DNA of 64,000 bases from Nitrosopumilus sp. (GTDB lineage Archaea; Thermoproteota; Nitrososphaeria; Nitrososphaerales; Nitrosopumilaceae). The notes under the pieces were generated by a model. That model ran no database searches and was not told where the DNA came from. It saw only the letters and a program-made list of their open reading frames with translations. The DNA lies in assembly GCA_965218695.1 (NCBI GenBank), contig OZ244651.1:384001-448000 (forward strand), written 5' to 3'. Both the position numbers and the translations under genes were made by a program. Shown piece after piece: positions 28,358 through 38,342 of the stretch. How positions within the stretch are numbered: position 1 is the stretch's first letter; each line of letters begins with the position of its first letter.

Positions 28358-29818
28358 TCAGTATCCCCTTGCAAGGATCGGCCGTGATGCTGCTGCCTGC
28401 CTGTGGCAGCACATGCATGTCATGTCAGAGTCTGTGCCGTCTGACGACGGCGGAATGACCCTGATCTCGGCGCCCGTGTCATCCTTGATCCGCTTTTCAC
28501 ACTCTGCCCCGCCGCACCACGGAACGGCAAAGAACCCGCCGCTTTTCATCCTCTCCTTGAACTCTGCATAGTCTGTAACCCCAAAGGTGTTTGCCTCTGC
28601 CTGCTCCTGCGCCCTTTTGAACATGTCCTTCTGGATCTCCTCGAGGATTCCTGGAATCCTTTCGGTCTCTGCAATGCCGATGCTGCACTTTTCATGGTTG
28701 TGCCTTCTTACCACCTGCATGTTCTGTTCCTGGATGTCCCGCGGGCCTATCTCGATGCGTATGGGGACCCCCCTCATCTCCCAGTCGTTAAACTTGTATC
28801 CTGGCGAGAATCCGTCCCTGTCATCCAGATGCACCCTGACGCCCCTTGATGCCAGGTCCACCATGATCTCTCCGGCCTTCTCCATCACCGCCTTTTTTGT
28901 GGCGTCGTTCCTGTAGATTGGCACTATTACTGCCTGTATCGGGGCGACCATGGGGGGCAGCACCAGTCCCTGGTCGTCCCCGTGCACCATGATCATCGCG
29001 CCAATCAGCCTCCACGAGACGCCCCATGACGTCTGCCATGCAAAATGCTCCACGTTGTCCTTGTCTGCAAACTTTACCTCAAATGGTATGGAAAAGTTCT
29101 GTCCCAGAAAGTGGGACGTTCCCATCTGCAGCGCCTTTCCGTCGGGCATTATCGACTCTATGGTGTCCGTATACATGGAGCCTACGAACTTTTCGTTCTC
29201 GCTCTTCCTTCCTGCAATGACCGGGATTGCCAGCTGCTCCTGGACGGTGTCCCTGTAGATCTCCAGTATCCTTGAGACCTCCTCTTCTGCCTCCTCCCGT
29301 GTTGCATGCACCGTGTGCCCCTCCTGCCACAGAAACTCTGAGGTCCTGAGGAACGGCTTTGTTGCCTTGATCTCCGCCCTCAGGGCGGTGTTCCAAAAGT
29401 TGATCTTCAGAGGCAGGTCCCTCCAGCTCTGGATCCACTTTGAGTACATGGTGTACGCCAGCGTCTCTGAAGTCGGCCTTAGCGCAAGCCTGTCCCCTAT
29501 GACATCACTCCCTGAGTGGGTTACCCAGAACACCTCCGGATTGAACCCTGCAAAATGCTTCTTCTCCCTTCCAAGGAGCGATTCGGGAATCAGTATGGGC
29601 AGGAATCCGTTCCTGACACCCTCCGCTGCAAACCTCTCATCAAGCCTGACCCTTAGCGACTCCCAGATGGAGTACCCGTCGGGCCTCAAAACGATAAGCC
29701 CCTTGACGGGCGCATAGTCTGCAAGCTTGGCCTTTTGAACCACCTGGGTGTACCACTCGCTAAAGTCTTCTTTCTTTGAGACCGTGATGCCTATGTCCTC
29801 CTTGTTCAATACAACCAC
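28358..29818 (-). CDS. proS: Proline--tRNA ligase (archaeal/eukaryotic type)
   Basis: LRPTSET, FLRTSEFLWQEGHT, QTSWGVSWR, C-terminal ARGY. Confidence 0.97.
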   Translation of the reverse strand: MVVLNKEDIGITVSKKEDFSEWYTQVVQKAKLADYAPVKGLIVLRPDGYSIWESLRVRLDERFAAEGVRNGFLPILIPESLLGREKKHFAGFNPEVFWVTHSGSDVIGDRLALRPTSETLAYTMYSKWIQSWRDLPLKINFWNTALRAEIKATKPFLRTSEFLWQEGHTVHATREEAEEEVSRILEIYRDTVQEQLAIPVIAGRKSENEKFVGSMYTDTIESIMPDGKALQMGTSHFLGQNFSIPFEVKFADKDNVEHFAWQTSWGVSWRLIGAMIMVHGDDQGLVLPPMVAPIQAVIVPIYRNDATKKAVMEKAGEIMVDLASRGVRVHLDDRDGFSPGYKFNDWEMRGVPIRIEIGPRDIQEQNMQVVRRHNHEKCSIGIAETERIPGILEEIQKDMFKRAQEQAEANTFGVTDYAEFKERMKSGGFFAVPWCGGAECEKRIKDDTGAEIRVIPPSSDGTDSDMTCMCCHRQAAASRPILARGY

Positions 29819-29854
29819 CCACAGAGCAATTTAACTAATGAGCCTTTCGTAGAT

Positions 29855-30139
29855 TTACAGTGGGTCGCCCTTGCACAGAACCATGCCCTTGACCCTGCTC
29901 TGGAAGTTTGGACACACAAAGCACTTGATAAAATGCGTCTCCTCCTTGAGGACCGGACAGTCCACAAACTCCATCTTCATCTTTTTGAGCATCTTTGGAC
30001 TGACACCCTTTAGCTTCAGCTTGCCCTTCTCGTCCATTATTCCTGACGCCTTGAGTTCGGCCTTCAGGTTGTTATCCATCTTCTGCCTCTTCTCGGTATT
30101 CTCAACCTTTACTTCAAACTTGTGTTCTAACTCGCCCAT
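29855..30139 (-). CDS. Hypothetical protein with Cys cluster (possible Zn site)
   Basis: DCPV...KCFVCPNF...LCKG; intergenic ATG ORF. Confidence 0.7.
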   Translation of the reverse strand: MGELEHKFEVKVENTEKRQKMDNNLKAELKASGIMDEKGKLKLKGVSPKMLKKMKMEFVDCPVLKEETHFIKCFVCPNFQSRVKGMVLCKGDPL

Positions 30140-30288
30140 ATCGGTTGTTCTGGTGCCTGTGATTTATTGTTAACTATCTATGGCAATATATCAGGACACG
30201 CAGTTCCGTTTGGGATGCGGCCTGCCCGAACTGCAGGCGCAGATTCAAGCTCATGTATTTAATTATCACAAAATCTAGGGCAAGACTG

Positions 30289-30966
30289 ATGGATTCCAGC
30301 GAACATGTCTCCAAGGGAATCTCGCTTGCCAAACTGGGCAGACACGAGGACGCCATCCTGTGTTTCGATGAGGCAATACGAATGGAACCAAACAATGCTG
30401 CTGGTGCCTACAACAACAAGGCGCTCTCGCTTATTAAACTGGGCAGACACGAGGACGCCCTCCTGTGTTTCAATGAGGCAAAACGAATGGATTCAAATGA
30501 TGGTCGTATTAATTATGTCAAGGCATTCACGCTTGCCAGGCAGAACAGACACGAGGAGGCCATCCTGGGTTACGATGACGTACTGCGGATAGATCCAAAC
30601 CTTGTTGTTGCGCATATCAGCAAGGGAATCTCGCTTGCCAAACTGGGCAGACACGAGGACGCCCTCCTGTGCTACGACGAGGCAACAAGGATGGAACCAA
30701 ATCGCGCCAGCGCCCATTACAACAGAGCACTCTCGCTTGCCAAACTGGACAGACACGAGGACGCCCTCCTGTGCTACGACGAGGCAACACGGCTGGGACC
30801 AAATTATGTTCGTGCTTACCTTGGCAAGGCACTCTCGCTTGCCAAACTGGGCAGACACGGGGACGCCCTCCTGTGCTACGACGAGGCAATACGAATCGAT
30901 CCAAACGATGCTGATGATGCCTACAACGGCAGGGCACTCTTGCTTGCAGAATTGGACAGCCAGTAG
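30289..30966 (+). CDS. Tetratricopeptide repeat protein (about 6 TPRs)
   Basis: 34-aa repeats KGISLAKLGRHEDALLCYDEA; near-identical DNA repeats of about 102 bp. Confidence 0.9.
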   Translation: MDSSEHVSKGISLAKLGRHEDAILCFDEAIRMEPNNAAGAYNNKALSLIKLGRHEDALLCFNEAKRMDSNDGRINYVKAFTLARQNRHEEAILGYDDVLRIDPNLVVAHISKGISLAKLGRHEDALLCYDEATRMEPNRASAHYNRALSLAKLDRHEDALLCYDEATRLGPNYVRAYLGKALSLAKLGRHGDALLCYDEAIRIDPNDADDAYNGRALLLAELDSQ

Positions 30967-31170
30967 TCCAGAATATGCCCTCTCACCACTCCTCCAATCC
31001 TCCATTATCCGTCCCAAAGCACTCTGCCCCGGCAAGATCCCGGCGCCCCATTCCCCCCTGTCGGGATCATCTCCGTTCCCGCTCAGGATGATGCGGGAAA
31101 CCACGATGGGAGCCGGCGCGGGCATCCACTAAACAGAGACAAGTATTTCTGGCAGGCCTTCCTGTATACT

Positions 31171-31374
31171 GTGTTGTCTCCGGGTAACTTGATAGCAATA
31201 GTAGCAGTATTTTGCGGTGGATTTATGCTTGTGCGTGGCATGCTTCCGACTCTTTCGGGCGAAGTGTTCAATTTGGAATTTGTCGGGGTGGGGGCCATCG
31301 TAACGGTGCTGGGTATTGTTGTGTTGAAAAAGAGGAGTCTTGCAAAGCAAAAAAGTCTTGGAAAGAAAAAATAG
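31171..31374 (+). CDS. Small two-TM membrane protein
   Basis: Two hydrophobic segments and a basic tail. Confidence 0.55.
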   Translation: MLSPGNLIAIVAVFCGGFMLVRGMLPTLSGEVFNLEFVGVGAIVTVLGIVVLKKRSLAKQKSLGKKK

Positions 31375-31600
31375 TCCTGACCACGTCTTTGCTGCGAGGC
31401 CAGCATCGTCTCTGTTGCACTGCAATCTGTCTTGACGCCGGGTGCGGCATCTGCCACACGGCATCCGTTCTCCCGCCGCTCCTTAAACCGACCCCCCACA
31501 CGCACCATGGCGATAGCGCCGTCATGCTGTTCCTGCACGAACGCCATTCCATGACTCCATGCCGTGATGATTTTTTACAACAAACCAAAGAATCCCTGAA

Positions 31601-32956
31601 AACTTTGTTTCCTAATTACTCTCGACACAGATACCAGTCTGTGCAATTCTGTCTATGTCATCGTCTTGCCCCCTCATCCCTTGCAGTTTTTGGATCGGGC
31701 TTGTAGACTTGCACGATCCTTGGCGTGCCGTACCCGCCGTCGATCGCAGTATCGATCATCTGGTTGTACAGCTGCGCTTTTCCGTATATCTCGGCCTTGA
31801 CGTTCTCCCACTTGCGCGCGCTTATGCACTCGCCCAACACCCGCTTGAACGTGGAAAATGCAATCTCGACTGACCACCGGTCGTTGTACCCGGACTCCCT
31901 GCGCCACGCCTTCTGGAATTCCCTCTTTTGTTCGCGCGTGAGGCCTGCAAACTTGAGTCCTGCCGTCTTGTCCATGCAGTCCATGCCACCCAGCTGCCTG
32001 AATCCTGCCTCCTTGCGGGGCATGCACCCGTTCGCCTTTCCGGCAAAGTCGATGCGGACGGGAATCAGCGGCTCGATTCCCTGTTCGTCGCAGTACCTGC
32101 GGATCTTCTTGGTGTCGTACGCGCCGTCGGCTGCCGTCTTGGTGCTTGCAGAAGTCTCTACGTTTGGGGATTTTTTTGCATTTGCAAGGGCCTGCCCCAC
32201 CAGTTCCTCAAACTGCGGAGAGTCCCCGCACTTGTCGTCGGTTATGGCCACGGCGTAGATCTTTTTGGTTTTGGCATCCACCCCGACGTGCAGCTTTATG
32301 AAGCCCCGCCTGGTCCCCCACTTTTTTGTCATCCAGTCGCCGCGGTTTGTGGGCTTGAGTCCAGTGGAGTCGAAGGCAAACAGCTTGATCTCTGCTCTGG
32401 TGTTGCCGTCTGAGAACCACGCAGAAGCCGTGCCGCTGCCATCATCATTATCTGCAACAGTGCAGCCCAACCTGGTCATCCTCTTCTGGAACACCGAATA
32501 CGTGGGCGCGTCTTCCCTGCCGACTATCGTCTCTGCCACGCCCTGGAGCTGCCTGTACCTTATGCCGGTGGCGTTTCTGAACAGGGATGCTGCTGCAAAG
32601 CACGCGTTTGAAAATACGTACGGGCGGCCGACCTTCCCGCAGTTTAGCTTCTCGACTCCCTGAGTCAGGATCTCCGGGCTTATCTGGAGCGTCCACAGCT
32701 GGCCGCGGTCTATGTACCTGCGGTCATCGTATTGGAACCGGCGTTTTCCGGATTTGAAAGATTTTTTAGCCTCATGCGTGCCCGTTTTGTCTGGAGAGGA
32801 TGTGTTTTCAGTCATGGCTGTAACCTGACTGTCTGCACACCTCTCTGATCAATGCAGTTTTCTATTGAAAATGTTTGATATTATGTTCAAATTCAGCTGA
32901 TCTGGCCTAATTCTGGACATGTTGGGCGTGGTTGGGAATAATTAGGAAACAAAGTT
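31601..32956 (-). mobile_element. IS5-family (ISH1-like) element copy 1, 1356 bp
   Basis: TIR AACTTTGTTTCCTAATTA; 8-bp TSD TCCCTGAA (31593-31600, 32957-32964). Confidence 0.93.
31658..32815 (-). CDS. IS5-family transposase
   Basis: GRPYVFSN, FDSTGLK, FIKLHVGVD, ADGAYDT, YNDRWSVEIAFSTFK. Confidence 0.95.
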   Translation of the reverse strand: MTENTSSPDKTGTHEAKKSFKSGKRRFQYDDRRYIDRGQLWTLQISPEILTQGVEKLNCGKVGRPYVFSNACFAAASLFRNATGIRYRQLQGVAETIVGREDAPTYSVFQKRMTRLGCTVADNDDGSGTASAWFSDGNTRAEIKLFAFDSTGLKPTNRGDWMTKKWGTRRGFIKLHVGVDAKTKKIYAVAITDDKCGDSPQFEELVGQALANAKKSPNVETSASTKTAADGAYDTKKIRRYCDEQGIEPLIPVRIDFAGKANGCMPRKEAGFRQLGGMDCMDKTAGLKFAGLTREQKREFQKAWRRESGYNDRWSVEIAFSTFKRVLGECISARKWENVKAEIYGKAQLYNQMIDTAIDGGYGTPRIVQVYKPDPKTARDEGARR

Positions 32957-32992
32957 TCCCTGAAGATAAACTTTAATATTCTTAGAAATTTT

Positions 32993-33661
32993 TTGCAGAC
33001 CAGAGATCAGTTGCTTATAATTTTTGACGTTGAGGGTGTTTTGTACGACGAGGAGTATCTTCCCATCCTTGCCGAGAAGATGAACAAGGAGGATGAGATC
33101 TGGAAGATCACAAAGGAGGGAATCCAGGGAAAGATTAACTGGGAGGATGGCCTGCGGACGCGCGTTGCAGCACTGAGGGGGCTGGATGAGAAGATATGCC
33201 GGGAGGCGTCTGACTCGCTGCCAATAATGACAGGTGCCAAGAAGGCATGCCAGGTTCTCAAGGCTGCCGGGTGGAAGATCATGGCAATCTCGGGCGGCTT
33301 TACGATAATGATGGAGCGGCTTCAAAGGGAGCTGGGAATCGACTACATATTTTCAAACGAGCTCGTATTCAAGGACGGGAAGCTTGACGGCGTCCAAATC
33401 AGCGTAGACTCTGACAAGTCAAAATCTGCGCTAGTAAAGATAGCCGAATGGCAGGAGAAGAAAGAAGACATCGTGTGCGTGGTGGACGGCGCCAACGACG
33501 TAAAGCTCTTCGAGATCTGCGGCCTGGGCATCGCGTACAGAGCGCAGGACCTCGTCAAGGATCTGGCAACTTTCACGCTTGAGGAGAAAGACCTGTCCGG
33601 AATTCTGGGAATAATCAACCGGCACTACGGACTGAACCTGGGTTCCGGGACTGCCGCATAA
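32993..33661 (+). CDS. serB: Phosphoserine phosphatase (HAD family)
   Basis: FDVEGVL, ISGGF, VDGAND. Confidence 0.85.
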   Translation: MQTRDQLLIIFDVEGVLYDEEYLPILAEKMNKEDEIWKITKEGIQGKINWEDGLRTRVAALRGLDEKICREASDSLPIMTGAKKACQVLKAAGWKIMAISGGFTIMMERLQRELGIDYIFSNELVFKDGKLDGVQISVDSDKSKSALVKIAEWQEKKEDIVCVVDGANDVKLFEICGLGIAYRAQDLVKDLATFTLEEKDLSGILGIINRHYGLNLGSGTAA

Positions 33662-33690
33662 ACAATTTTTACCCGGCCACCTCAGATGGT

Positions 33691-34418
33691 ATGATGCAGG
33701 TAATTCCGGTTCATATTCCAAGGGAGATTGAACCGTCCGATGACCTGCCTGGAATAATATCTGAACATGCTGCCATGCGTGACGGGGATGTGATAGTCGT
33801 TGCACAGAAGATCGTCTCAAAGCAGGAGGGAAGAATGGTTCGCCTCTCGTCTGTAACCACGACGCTGCTCTCTGAGGGATAGCCTCCCAGTACCAAAAGG
33901 ATCCCCGCATAATAGAACTGATCCTCTCCGAGTCCAGGCGCATTGTACGGATGAGCGACGGCATCATAATAGTCCAGACAAACTCCGGATTTGTCTGCGC
34001 AAACGCAGGAATTGACCAGAGCAATGTAAAGTGCGGCTATGTGACGCTTCTTCCGGCCGACCCTGATGAATCTGCAAGAAGAATCCGCAGGGGCATAAAA
34101 GAGAGAACAGGCATGAATGTCGCAGTGATCATCTCCGATACGTTTGGACGTCCGCATCGAATGGGGCAGACCAACTGCGCCATCGGGATATCCGGGATGA
34201 ACCCCATCCTGGACTATGCAGGAACCCTGGACTCTTTTGGAAACGTCCTGCGCGTCACTGCCATTGCAGCGTCTGACGAGATCGCCTCCGCTGCAGAGCT
34301 GGTCATGGCAAAGGCCTCAGGATGCCCGGTTGCAGTCATTCGCGGGTACGGGTTTGAGACGGGGAGCCGTCCGGCCGGCGACCTGATACGACCCAAGGCA
34401 GACGACCTGTTTGGATGA
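33691..34418 (+). pseudogene. cofE: Coenzyme F420-0:L-glutamate ligase, frameshifted (1-bp loss at G-run 33876-33878; real or sequencing error)
   Basis: VVAQKIVSKQEGR in one frame; ANAGIDQSN, ISDTFGRP, DEIASAA in another. Adding one G restores EGIASQYQKDPRIIELIL. Confidence 0.85.
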
Positions 34419-34566
34419 TGATTCCCCCTTGGGACAGCCTGCAATACACTGCATGCCGTGCAGGGATGATCCGTCTGACATGGAATCCCATGAACAAGCC
34501 GGCAGCATGAACAGGCAGCAGCTGGAGACTGCCTCTTTTCTTGCCGGCATCTGCGCCTCTTGGCGC

Positions 34567-35409
34567 CTATACCCGCGCCTTCTCCAGAAACTCGTACAGA
34601 TCCCTTGAGGGATCTGGAAACTGCGGATTCATGTCCCTTAGTGTGCTGGCCAAGATCTTCCCTACGGCCCAGTTGCGGTACCACTTGTTGTCTGACGGTA
34701 TCACGTACCACGGGGCCCACGGGGTACTGCACCTTTCCAGCACCTTCTCGTACGCCTCCATGTGCCTGTCCCAGTGCTTTCGCTCCTCAAAGTCTGCCTT
34801 GCTGAACTTCCAGTGCTTCAGGGGATTGTTGACCCTCTTGTCCAGCTTTCTCTTCTGCTCGTCCTTGCTTATGTGCAGGTAAAACTTGATGGTTCTGATC
34901 CCGTCGTCCCTGAGCATCTTCTCAAAGTTGTTGATGTGCTCGTACCTCTTTTTCCATCTGTCCTCGGGCAGGAGGCCGTGCACGCCGACTGCCAGGATGT
35001 CACCGTAGTGCGACCTGTTGAATATCGTGATCTCTCCATGCGCCGGCACCACCCTGTGAATGCGCCACAAAAAGTCGTGCCTTATCTCCACGGAGTTTGG
35101 GACACGGAACGGGACCACCCTGCACCCTTGGGGGTTGAACCCCTGCATGGCATCCCGTATGGTGCCGTCCTTGCCCCCTGCGTCCATTGCCTGTAAAACG
35201 ATCAGCAGCGCCTGCTTGTTCTCTGCAAAGAGTCGGGTCTGGAGGTCAAACAACTCCAGGCGTATGCCATCGAGTTGCTTTTTTGTCTGCTTCTTTGTCA
35301 GATCCCCGCCGTATCCTGCGTTTATCTTGCTCAGGTTAACCTTGGTGCCCGGCTCCACGCGAAAATCTGACTCGTTAAAGATCAACCTGATCTGCCTGTT
35401 GTGTGGCAT
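34567..35409 (-). CDS. ppk2: Polyphosphate kinase 2 family (PPK2)
   Basis: QAMDAGGKDG, HDFLWR, FNRSHY, APWYVIPSDNKWYRN. Confidence 0.93.
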   Translation of the reverse strand: MPHNRQIRLIFNESDFRVEPGTKVNLSKINAGYGGDLTKKQTKKQLDGIRLELFDLQTRLFAENKQALLIVLQAMDAGGKDGTIRDAMQGFNPQGCRVVPFRVPNSVEIRHDFLWRIHRVVPAHGEITIFNRSHYGDILAVGVHGLLPEDRWKKRYEHINNFEKMLRDDGIRTIKFYLHISKDEQKRKLDKRVNNPLKHWKFSKADFEERKHWDRHMEAYEKVLERCSTPWAPWYVIPSDNKWYRNWAVGKILASTLRDMNPQFPDPSRDLYEFLEKARV

Positions 35410-35553
35410 ATGTTATAAGCATGTCTTCAGCAGTTCATACCCGCCGTTGCAACTGACAGGATACTGCAACCCATACGGGCGGAAAGTCAGCGGCAAGCAG
35501 CAACCCCCCCCCCCAATAAGATTATTATCTTATGCCGGGGGAATTTACTTGGA

Positions 35554-36468
35554 ATGCCTGTCCGCACCGAACTGCATTGTCACAACTCATACTCAAACTT
35601 TCACCTCGGTATCGATGATCCGCCGTATGACTGCGACATATCCGTAAGGGATCAGCTGGAACGCTCCTGCAGCCTGGGCCTTGATGCAATCTTTGTCACA
35701 AACCACAACACGCTTGACGGATACTCGCAGATCCTGGAGTACAGAAACGACCATGAAAAGTTCAAAGGCATCCGCGTCTTTCCGGCAGAAGAGGTTACGA
35801 CCGATTCCGGGGCACATGTCATTGCATACGGGATACGCGAGGCCATCCCTGCAGGACTCGGCATTGAGGAGATAATCGATCGTGTGCGGCAGCAGGGCGG
35901 AGTCTCGTCTGCGCCCCATCCGTTCAGCCTGCTCGATGCCCTGCGCGAGGATGCAGGAAGATGCGACATGGTTGAGGTCTTTAACAGCAACAACGTGGAC
36001 GTGATCTCAAATGCGCGTGCCACGCAGTTTGCACTGGACAGGGGCATGACACAGGTGGCCGGCAGCGACTCGCACATACTCTCGACTTTGGGGCGGTGCG
36101 TAAACGTCATAGATTCCGAGGACTCCCTTGATGACGTCCTGCACGCCATGCGGCACGGCAGGATAAGGATCGAGCAGACCGGATACGCCATGCAGAAGGA
36201 GGTCCTTGATCACCTCCGGTACAAGGTCAACAGCTCGCGCGAGTATATGACAAAGTACATCTCTGAGCACTACCCAAACTCAAAATGGCTGCTGAACCTG
36301 ATGCTGAGAATCTACGATGCTGATCCGGACAGCCACCTGTGGGGCATGTTCTACAGGATCGCACTTTACATCATGCGGAGGATATCAAAGAAGGTCAACT
36401 ACCAGGACATGGATCCGGGATTCATGAAGGAGAGAGACCTGGCCACCATGTTTCGGATGGCGCTTTAG
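35554..36468 (+). CDS. PHP-domain metal-dependent phosphoesterase
   Basis: LHCH, VTNHN, APHPF, AGSDSH. Confidence 0.88.
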   Translation: MPVRTELHCHNSYSNFHLGIDDPPYDCDISVRDQLERSCSLGLDAIFVTNHNTLDGYSQILEYRNDHEKFKGIRVFPAEEVTTDSGAHVIAYGIREAIPAGLGIEEIIDRVRQQGGVSSAPHPFSLLDALREDAGRCDMVEVFNSNNVDVISNARATQFALDRGMTQVAGSDSHILSTLGRCVNVIDSEDSLDDVLHAMRHGRIRIEQTGYAMQKEVLDHLRYKVNSSREYMTKYISEHYPNSKWLLNLMLRIYDADPDSHLWGMFYRIALYIMRRISKKVNYQDMDPGFMKERDLATMFRMAL

Positions 36469-36525
36469 GACAGGCCCATCTTCCGTAGATTTTAATATGA
36501 CAAAACACCTTCGGTGGGTGATATC

Positions 36526-36759
36526 ATGTCTGAGACTACCAAAAAACTGGATGCGACAGGACTTTTCTGCCCGGAACCGGTCTTTAGAACCAAGATAGAG
36601 ATTGAACGGATGCAGGTGGGCCATACCCTTACCGTCTCTGCCGATGACCCCGCTGCAGAGGACGACATCAGCCGCTGGGTCACAAGAAACGGCCACGAGC
36701 TCCTTGACATGTCAAAGGACGGCGACGTCATAACGTTCCAGATTAAAAAGGTGAAATAG
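36526..36759 (+). CDS. TusA-family sulfur carrier protein
   Basis: LDATGLFCPEP, ADDPAAEDDI. Confidence 0.92.
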   Translation: MSETTKKLDATGLFCPEPVFRTKIEIERMQVGHTLTVSADDPAAEDDISRWVTRNGHELLDMSKDGDVITFQIKKVK

Positions 36760-36766
36760 CCGCACC

Positions 36767-37756
36767 ATGACCCTCGTCGATACCTCTGTCCTGAACCGTG
36801 TGGGAAACACGCCGCTTGTTCCACTTGACTCCCTGTCTGAGGGCTCCACAACATACCATGCAAAGCTGGAGGGACACAACCCATTTGGCTCCGTAAAGGA
36901 CAGGGCCGCCCTCTGGATGATACGGGACGGCGAGGAGAGGGGGATCCTGACCCCCGGCAAGAGCGTCATAGTCGAGCCCACATCCGGCAACACGGGAATC
37001 GCGCTGACCGGAATAGCAAGCCTTCTGGGATACAGGACAGAAGTCGTGGTGCCGGAGAAGGTAAGCAACGAGACCAAGGAGATCATAAGGGCCCTTGGCG
37101 CCAAGGTCTTTGAGACAAGCGACGATCTGTGTCCCAAGGTCGGGCCGGGCACAGACCAGAGCATCGCCCTTGCCACGTCCATTGCATCCTCGAGGCCTGA
37201 CACGTACTACTCCCCCAACCAGTATGCAAACGAGGCCAACTTCAGAGGCCACTACATGGGAACGGGCCCCGAGATATGGAGGCAGACTGACGGCAGGGTA
37301 ACCCATTTCTTTACGGGCGTGGGGACCGGCGGCACGATCACCGGGATCGGCGCATTTCTCAAGGAACAGAACCCCGACGTAAAGATAATCGGCTGCCAGC
37401 CGCAAAAGGACCACCTGATTCAGGGATGGCGGAACTTTGAAGAGTCGGCAAAGCCTGATCTGTTCTTGAAGCGCGAGGGCGTAGTTGATGACTGGGTAAG
37501 CGTGGATAACGAGGAGGCCTTTTCGGTGGTGCGCGAAGTCTTTGAGAGGGACCGCCTCTTAATCAGCCCCTCGTCTGCAGCAGTATACGCATGCATGAAA
37601 AAGTATCCCGTGCAGGGCGATGCCTGCGTGGTCGGAATCTTTGCAGACGACGGAAGAAAGTTCAAAAGCGTCTATTCGTCCCTTGGCGTCATGACTCCTG
37701 ACGAGTTTGACGGTGCGCTAAAGGGCGCACGACACATGTCGGAACTGGCATACTAG
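36767..37756 (+). CDS. PLP-dependent cysteine synthase family protein
   Basis: VGNTPL, KLEGHNPFGSVKDR, PTSGNTG, GVGTGGT. Confidence 0.93.
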   Translation: MTLVDTSVLNRVGNTPLVPLDSLSEGSTTYHAKLEGHNPFGSVKDRAALWMIRDGEERGILTPGKSVIVEPTSGNTGIALTGIASLLGYRTEVVVPEKVSNETKEIIRALGAKVFETSDDLCPKVGPGTDQSIALATSIASSRPDTYYSPNQYANEANFRGHYMGTGPEIWRQTDGRVTHFFTGVGTGGTITGIGAFLKEQNPDVKIIGCQPQKDHLIQGWRNFEESAKPDLFLKREGVVDDWVSVDNEEAFSVVREVFERDRLLISPSSAAVYACMKKYPVQGDACVVGIFADDGRKFKSVYSSLGVMTPDEFDGALKGARHMSELAY

Positions 37757-38226
37757 CCTGCAGCCATCATCTTGCTCAGGTTCTTCTCGTAAAACTCCCT
37801 AAACATCCCGTTCATGTCCCTTTCATGGCGGAGGCATTCCTGGCTCTGCTGGAACAGCCTGTCCCTTACCTCCCTGCTCCACTTGCTCTGCTGCCTGTCC
37901 TTGGAATCCACCATGGACGGGTTTGCCATGACCTCCCCCATCGTCTTGGCAAGCGATGAGGCCAGCTGGCGCATCCGGCTCGTCCTCAGCAGAAACCTCT
38001 GCGACTGTTCCCTGTTTACAAGTCCCATGATACAGTATGCCTGGGAGTAGTACGCCATGCTGGCCTTGATGTATCCCTCAAAGCCTGCTATTCTCTTCTC
38101 CCAGTATCTTCTGGATGGCTTCTCCTCCACCTTGTAGCTGAACCCGATCTCCTGCAGTTCCCTTGAGAGTTCTGCAAGTATCTGGCTGTGCTTTGTGACG
38201 GCACTCCTTAGCTCCGAATCATCCAC
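37753..38226 (-). CDS. Hypothetical helical protein
   Basis: 157-aa ORF convergent with cysteine synthase (4-bp overlap). Confidence 0.65.
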   Translation of the reverse strand: MDDSELRSAVTKHSQILAELSRELQEIGFSYKVEEKPSRRYWEKRIAGFEGYIKASMAYYSQAYCIMGLVNREQSQRFLLRTSRMRQLASSLAKTMGEVMANPSMVDSKDRQQSKWSREVRDRLFQQSQECLRHERDMNGMFREFYEKNLSKMMAAG

Positions 38227-38342
38227 GGGTCTAATACGGATTTTTCCTAATAAAGCGTTTAGCGCATTTTGAATCGTTATCTTGGCACGCAGAACCGGAC
38301 TGATCTGGTGCAGGATATCATGGTTATATTAGACATCGCAAC

